In this document: positions 55,776-64,000 of the stretch, one piece after another
Numbering within the stretch: the stretch's first letter is position 1
Layout: each line of letters opens with the position of its first letter
From: Eledone cirrhosa
Lineage: Eukaryota
NCBI GenBank assembly: GCA_964016885.1
Contig: OZ024750.1
Span: 44,950,001-45,014,000 of the forward strand
Length of the DNA: 64,000 bases
Direction of reading: 5' to 3'
Made by a program: the position numbers and the translations under genes
Notes under the pieces: generated by a model
Seen by the model: the letters and a program-made list of their open reading frames with translations, nothing else
The model's database searches: none
Told to the model about the DNA's origin: nothing

Positions 55776-55812
55776 ATATATACACATATATATGTTTTCT
55801 ATACCTTTCATT

Positions 55813-55844
<32 letters not shown>

Positions 55845-56152
55845 CAGACACATACACACATACAGAGAGAGATAGAGAGATATAATAAGTTATATAGAAG
55901 AACAAATATCATAAAATAGCGTACCTGATTATTCAGCATGGCGGAATATAAAGAATCATACAACTTACACGTAATAAGTATGTTTTAATACATATTTAAT
56001 ACATATTGAGATGTATTTTATGGCGATGAGTTTAGTGATTTCAATACCAGAGTATATTGAGAGAAAGAAAATATATATAAAAGTACCAGCTTAAATGGTA
56101 AATGTACAAATATTAAAGTTGAGAAAGACTTTTGGGGACTGAAATATCATTA

Positions 56153-56227
<75 letters not shown>

Positions 56228-56255
56228 TATATATACATATATATATATATATATA

Positions 56256-56303
<48 letters not shown>

Positions 56304-56378
56304 TGTATATGTATACACACACACACGCACATATATATATATATATGCATATATATATCTCTCTATATATATATATGC

Positions 56379-56409
<31 letters not shown>

Positions 56410-56427
56410 TGTATACACACAAGCACA

Positions 56428-56459
<32 letters not shown>

Positions 56460-56528
56460 AAAGAGAAAAAGGATTTCACTTCAAGCATTGCTTTATACAA
56501 TATGTATAAATATTTCGTATCTCCAAAG

Positions 56529-56575
<47 letters not shown>

Positions 56576-56578
56576 TGC

Positions 56579-56665
<87 letters not shown>

Positions 56666-57041
56666 TAAATATAAGCTTGTATGTATGCCCCCACTTATTT
56701 GAACTGAACACGGCAATAGACGTGAAACGCTTAAGCAATAGAATGTATGAATGAAATATTAAGTGATCATAGAAATGGGATCAATATGGCGTATAATCTC
56801 TACAAGGCTGTCGTCACTGTGTCTATATAAGTATATAATTGATCTATGTGAATAGCTATTTGGTAATACATATATAACATAAGCATATACACAAAAACAC
56901 ACAAACACCAGAGATCCATGTAAACTCACGGACCTACCTGCCCGAATACACGGACGGAGCAAATTTATGTCTATGTATAAATATGCATATATATATATAT
57001 ATGTATATACACATACATATATATACACACACATATATATA

Positions 57042-57089
<48 letters not shown>

Positions 57090-57106
57090 ATATATATATA
57101 CACACA

Positions 57107-57157
<51 letters not shown>

Positions 57158-57174
57158 ATATATATATACACACA

Positions 57175-57232
<58 letters not shown>

Positions 57233-57250
57233 CATATATATATACACACA

Positions 57251-57312
<62 letters not shown>

Positions 57313-57333
57313 CATATATATATACACACAAAC

Positions 57334-57372
<39 letters not shown>

Positions 57373-57446
57373 CATATACATAGTGTTTGCTATAGTCAAT
57401 CTTTGAAGTAATTTCACCAGACCGGCCTCCTGTCATTCTACTCACT

Positions 57447-57511
<65 letters not shown>

Positions 57512-57658
57512 TTGTGTGTGCGTATCTGTGTAACAAAAATTAAAACGAGATCAATTCAAGCATTTAACGACACACGACACACGGAGCAAATAATTATTCC
57601 CTCAATATGTAGCATAGCCTTAACTCTGGCTACCATACACGCAAACAACAAACATTCG

Positions 57659-57840
57659 GGTGGATTGGCAGTATCGGTGGAGGGTCGGACGCCATGATTT
57701 CCAGCATAGTTACGTCCCTTTACGATCTGAGTTCAAATCCCGCCGAGGTTGACTTTGCCTTTCATCCTTACGGGGTCGATAAAATAAAGTACCAGTAATG
57801 CACTGGTGAATTGCTGGCCTTGTGCCAAAAGTAGAAGCAA
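57659..57840 (+). mobile_element. SINE family S1
   Basis: Matches the S1 consensus. Confidence 0.9.
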
Positions 57841-57848
57841 TTATATAA

Positions 57849-57897
<49 letters not shown>

Positions 57898-57924
57898 TAT
57901 ATATACATATATACATATACACAC

Positions 57925-58007
<83 letters not shown>

Positions 58008-58087
58008 CCCCTACCCCACTGTCAAGAGCGTGAAACTAATAAACCTGTGTTCGTACTGCCTCTCTGTTTTGTTCCCGTTCAACTTTT

Positions 58088-58151
<64 letters not shown>

Positions 58152-58917
58152 ATAATAATAATATATATACGTATACAATTTTATTTGCAATTTACGTTGG
58201 TCATAAATGTAAGTATATATATGTATGTATACACGTATTTACCTATAATGGCGTAGGCACACATGTTTGTGTGACTCTGTGTGTATAGAAAAGCATTTAT
58301 AAATATTATGTAAAGGTAAAAAATCTCGGTTATGATAAGCATGTTGTAAGAAATAAACTAGTTAAAACTGTTTCCATTTGAATAACCTTTCACTATTGAA
58401 TAGTAGTTGTAGAAGAAAAATGAAAGAATGTTGCGTATATCGTTAAATCTAAAGAATGTTAACGGTAAAAATGTACGAATGGAAGTTTAAGAAAATCTGG
58501 GAAATGAATCAGGTACGGCGTGAACTTCATTTTTTCTCACATCACCGGCCTGGCTTTACATTTAATACATCTCGCTTTCGAAAAGGATAGATTGAGTATT
58601 TTGTGAAAGTAAAAGAAATTGTGTTGATTGAGGCTCTAGAAAATATGGGATTTAGCATGTCGAATAAAGTGTATTGCCGCATACATTTCTCGCCATTGTC
58701 ACCTATGTTTTTAAAAAATGGTGTGACGATAAATGAACTACCAGTCTTGTATTTGCGGAGTTTATTGTTCTTTCCTTCCCCTCTCTTTCACTCTGTCACT
58801 TGCTCTCGAAGAAATCTCCCGTTTCTGTCTGGAGAGAGATGGTTTCCACAAGATTTAACTTCACACGCACACACACACACATACACACATCTATCTATCT
58901 CTCTCTCTATATATATA

Positions 58918-58971
<54 letters not shown>

Positions 58972-59057
58972 AGTGTATGTATGTATATATACACATACAC
59001 ACACATATATATATATATTTATATATATATATTTATATATATATATTTATATATATA

Positions 59058-59195
<138 letters not shown>

Positions 59196-59252
59196 TACAA
59201 TATATATATACAATATATTAACAAATGGAAACTATATTTATAAAACCATATT

Positions 59253-59318
59253 TATTCCATTATACATATTTCAAGGGCCACCAGAGCAAACTATAGTGCG
59301 CTTTCATCAGATAAAATA
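59253..59318 (-). ncRNA. Minimal hammerhead motif (family A) in cassette 59215-59395
   Basis: Minus: TATTTTAT-CTGATGA-AAG..CTT-GAAA-TATGTA-TA-ATGGAATA; whole cassette is an inverted homologue of 380-557. Confidence 0.7.
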
Positions 59319-60238
59319 TAATACAGGTTAGTTTTATAAATAACTATTGACATACCCTTAAAAAATGCAACCATTCTGGTTGGAATCTCCTGGATATATA
59401 TATATATATATAATTATAATTATAAGAAACGTTTAAGATGGTAGTATGAACGAAACAAGAGAAGAAGAGATATCCTTCATCAGCTGTAATCCGAGATTAA
59501 GATGTTTCGGCGCTTAATACCGGACATCTAAAATCGATCAGCAGCGCGCCCAAGGCCTTATCGTTATACTTGGGGAGAGCCATTAAAATTATATATATAT
59601 ATATATATACATATACATGATATGTGAAATATTCATAGAACGTCTAATATTAAGGGATTTGACTTATAATTGGTGTGGTTGGATTGTTAGGTAACAGTGG
59701 AATGGTTATAAGAGTAAAATCATGTTGGTCATGGTAATCATAGATGGTTAAGGTAAATACATCAGTCAGAAGTAGTTGCATTATAGTTACCTGATATTTA
59801 GTCAATTAATGATTTCTGTGAGTCCTTAAGGTAATGTGAGGGGAGTCAAGAGTAAATGAGGCTGAGAGTAGGAAATAAATCATACTAGAGAAAAGGGGTA
59901 CTGATGAGAACCAAAGTGCGGGGGATGAGGTGGGTGGCTTAAAGTGTAGATGAAATGGAGCAAGTATGACGAGGGTGGACTGAAAGTGTAGAATAAATGG
60001 AGGAAGTATTAGGAGTATTACGAGGAAGGAATGAAAAGATAATAGGCTGAGTGTAAAGGAATAGTTGTGAAATACTGCATGTATTAATTTCAACTCCTCC
60101 TAACTGCAATCATTCGTTCGAGGGATTATTTACAGAAATAAACGTGATTTGGTCGTTCCATGAGAGTATCTTGTACAACCTCTGACACTTTCAGACTATG
60201 AATCTTTCAGCCCAACACCGTAGAAAAAGAGAAGATTA

Positions 60239-60290
<52 letters not shown>

Positions 60291-60294
<4 letters not shown>

Positions 60295-60510
60295 TTGCGA
60301 GGCTTTTGATATGAAATCTGTGTCGAAACAAATATTGTTATACTTGGGGAGGGTCATATTTGTGTAATAATATTGCCAGAATTGATAAAAGAAACAGAAC
60401 ACACTCACTGTTTGGTTGGTTTTCGCTTCTGTGTCTTTTATATCGGATAATTTAATTTATTCGGTCCTCAGTGTTACTATTGACTGACCAACGGTCAAAA
60501 ATACAGATAT
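60291..60510. mobile_element. Family T cassette
   Basis: AGTTTTGCGAGG..GTGTCGAA..ATATTGTTATACTTGGGGAGGGTCATATTTG..ACACTCACTGTTTGGTTGG; homologous to 45858-46105. Confidence 0.75.
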
Positions 60511-60539
60511 AATATAGACACACACACATATATATAGTC

Positions 60540-61600
60540 TAAAAAAGTTCTTTCGTTGCACATCTGCAACATCATCAGTGGTGCTATTATGTTTCCTCCT
60601 GTTGTATTGTATGCCTACGCCATCTTTATTTAGTCTGTTTATTTATTTATTTATTTTTGTCTTCTCTCCGCATGCGTTTGCATGTGTGTATAGTGTTTGA
60701 TGTGTGTTCGTGTTTGGGTGACTGTGTATTGGTTATTGTATTCTATCTTAGTTTACTAGTGTGTGTTTATATATGTTTGTTGTTATTGTGCTTGTGTATG
60801 TATTTATTTATTTATACTTGTCTTAGGTCAGTATTGTTTGTTTGGGTGTTGTTGTTATTCCATTCATTTTTTCTGTTTACACTTGGCCTTCTAAGTTCTA
60901 TTTGGCTGGCCTCTCTGATTTGCCTATCTGCTGGGTCATTTCCATATTTAGATATTATTCTAATTTCTATGTTGTCTATGTTACCGCCGTGTTGTTGTCT
61001 GGCATGTTCGTATAGTACTCAACTGTTTTTTCGTCCTTTTAGTGTTGGTTTATCCTTTCACCTATGCTAGGAGCTGTCTCGCCTATATATGTTGTTGTCA
61101 CGTTTCTGCAAGTACCCTCTGTACATCTTATGCTATAGACTACGTTTTTAGTTTTACAGTTTATCCGGCGTTTTACTTTACATATAATACATTTCCTATT
61201 AGTACAGTGGGTTTTCTTAAAAGGGTAGGTTTTGCTGATCAGGGATTTTATGGTGGTTCCTGGCTTTTCTACCACCTTAATCTTTAAGTGGGTCTTTCTC
61301 AGGGCCTTTCTACAGCTAATTTCCATCCAGGGGTAGTGTCCACAAACAAGACACTCTGATATCTCTGGTTGTCGTACCATGAGGTGGGTTTCCCTATCTT
61401 ATGTCTAGGCCTATCTAAGCTATTCCATGATTTGCTCCTGTATAATCGGCAAATTCCTTTCATGTCCAGTTCTATGAGGGTCTTATACTTCTCCGTGGCT
61501 CCTTCGTATACTCTTTGGTTGTATTCAGTCTCTTTGGTTGTAGCCAGAAAACTGCATGCGGTTGATGAAGTGTTGGATGTGTCTTTCCATTTCTGTTAGG
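60540..61600 (-). mobile_element. Decayed Penelope-like retroelement 3' part (GIY-YIG) with a 3' hammerhead at 60545-60580
   Basis: ORF 61039-61380 KIKVVEKPGTTIK..C....C..C..CKTKNVVYSIRC..C..YIGET....ERI..H; upstream FINRMQFSGY; minus-strand CTGATGA-T-GTTGCA GATG TGCAAC-GAAA-GAAC-TT. Confidence 0.8.
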
Positions 61601-62292
61601 TCGCACATGCGGGACACTGATACAGGGCGCGAAGTAGGCAGCCGTCAGAAGGCTTGTGGCGATATATAACAAGTGGGTGTGAGTGGGTCCGTGGAAGTGA
61701 GAGAGAGAGGTTGTGTGTATATATACTTCAGTGTATATGGGTGTGTGTGTGTGTCTGCGCATGTAGGCGTACGTGTATGTATGCATAGATAGGTATGTGT
61801 CTGCATGTGTGTGTGTTTATGTGTGTATTTTAGTATGTGTGGGTGCTAACTCTGAAGTGTGAGCAGCCGTGTGAAGTACTGAACCCAGCATGACTCCATT
61901 GAAATGTGTCGGATGGAAAATGGTTGATGAACCATGTGGCAGCAGATACTGACCAGAACTTGTGATGACGTGAAGTAAAAACAGCCTGGCATGACAAGAG
62001 TGGAAATAGGTTTTTTTAGGGTGTTTTTTTATGATAACACCCCAGTGATAAAATTTGCCCGGACGAAACACCCGTGTCTGAAACCACCCGCAGAAGTAGA
62101 ATCAGTCAGATCCATACAAGGACCATGACTCGAGCTACATGCCGGCGAAACATTTGTAACACGAAATAAACTAAGCCCAGATGCATCACTGATTTTTCGT
62201 TTTATTTATAATATCTACACTCTATTCTGATGAATATCGAGTGCTAATTTTGACATACCGCCTATGGAAGCACCATAGCTAGCACTATATAA

Positions 62293-62440
<148 letters not shown>

Positions 62441-62499
62441 ATATATATATATATATTATATATATATGTGTGTGTAACTATGTATATATTTTTGTGTGT

Positions 62500-62759
<260 letters not shown>

Positions 62760-62915
62760 TAAAATGCCATTGTTAATTAATACATAAATTAACTAATACC
62801 CTAACACTTCACACAAAGTAAAATATTTTATTTTAAACATTTTCTAACCCAGAAAAAAAGAGAACAAAATAAAAGAAAAAAAAAAATTCGTCTTCCTAAC
62901 AATCGTCTTGTTTCC

Positions 62916-62947
<32 letters not shown>

Positions 62948-62948
<1 letters not shown>

Positions 62949-63167
62949 GGAAAAAGTATGACTCGGACGGCAGAGGTCAAGCCGTTTCGACGGCTATTTC
63001 TGGACTAGAAATAGTCCAGACTAGACTAGTCCAGAAATAGCCGTCGAAACGGCTTGACCTCTGCCGTCGGGGTCATACTTTTTTTTACTACTAACTCTAC
63101 TACCCTAAGTATTGCGTACTTTGGTGCGTTATGGTCCATCTGGTTCCTTACCACAACTCCTTCGTTA
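62948..63167. mobile_element. Family H fold-back element (opposite orientation, ~60-bp hairpin arms)
   Basis: GACGGCAGAGGTCAAGCCGTTTCGACGGCTATTTCTGGACTAG..CTAGTCCAGAAATAGCCGTCGAAACGGCTTGACCTCTGCCGTCGGGGTC then the consensus arm. Confidence 0.85.
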
Positions 63168-63218
63168 TATATATATATATATAATATAAGATCAAAAGAT
63201 GGTTAAAAGAGTTCCATG

Positions 63219-63289
63219 TATTTTATTATGCGCATTTCAAAAACAAATATCATCATGGGAAGTTATTTGCATTCTCATCAGATAAAATA
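63219..63289 (-). ncRNA. Minimal hammerhead motif (same family as the 8908-9235 palindrome)
   Basis: Minus: TATTTTAT-CTGATGA-..stem II..-GAAA-TGCGCA-TA-ATAAAATA. Confidence 0.75.
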
Positions 63290-64000
63290 GGGAGACATGA
63301 TATGAAGCTTAAAAAACATTTACGAGCAGTGTAGTGTTAAATCTATATATGAAAAGTAAAATAAGAAGGATATATGAGATTGGGAAAAGAAGGAAGGGGA
63401 AGGAAAAGGTAAGGAAGAGGAAGAAAGAAAATAAGGGATGACGGGGGAGGAGTATAAGAAGGAAGGATGAGAGAGGAGGAGAAATTAGTGAGAGAGAGAG
63501 AGAGATAGCCTTTAATACTGAGAAACACTGTCTCACAGAGAGAAATTATAAAAACCGTTGTAAGATAATACATCATTAAAAAAAAAATTGAAATTAACAG
63601 TTAATGAGGTTTATGAATGGTGATGTTTATGATTAAAGATAAAGGAATTATAAATAGTATTTATTTAAGCTTTATATATTGAAAGGTTTAATAATATTTG
63701 CGAAAAGGAATTTATTAATATGTATTATTAAAATAAAAATATTAAGGATATAAGGTGAATGAAGAAGAGATTAAATGAATTATGAACTTAGAGGAATTAG
63801 TTAGGGCCTAAGTTTGTTTCTATGTATAGTAATATGAAAAAGTAAATAATAGGTTTAATACAAGCACGGAATGAGAGAAGAAAGAAGAACATTTAAGGAA
63901 GAAAAAATATATAACGTCAACAAATATATATGTTTACAAAATTTACTAATGGTAATATTAGTATATATTAAAAATATAGTTTGTATGGCCAAGAATATAA

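Overview
Eukaryotic, AT-rich, repeat-dominated DNA with no confidently identifiable host protein-coding gene. The SINE families and the huge (TA)n/(CA)n/(GA)n load suggest a cephalopod (octopod) genome; this is an inference. Nearly all ORFs in the track are microsatellite read-throughs. Real coding remnants are all mobile elements: three decayed Penelope-like (GIY-YIG) retroelements, a frameshifted CRE-like RLE non-LTR retrotransposon plus a 3' fragment, two L1/Tx1-like 3' fragments in (ATCT)n tracts, and a possible mariner remnant. There are also about 20 tRNA-derived SINE copies, a piggyBac-like MITE and several minisatellites. The most striking signal is about 19 minimal type-I hammerhead ribozyme (HHR) motifs found by eye. 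They sit in short, mostly non-coding cassettes inserted in (TA)n tracts, often as fold-back palindromes or direct repeats. One is a retrozyme-like unit (46.6-48.0 kb) with two direct HHRs 1004 nt apart plus an inverted third. Another multi-copy family carries only the 3' half of an HHR mirrored about stem II. Coordinates were read by eye and element boundaries are approximate.
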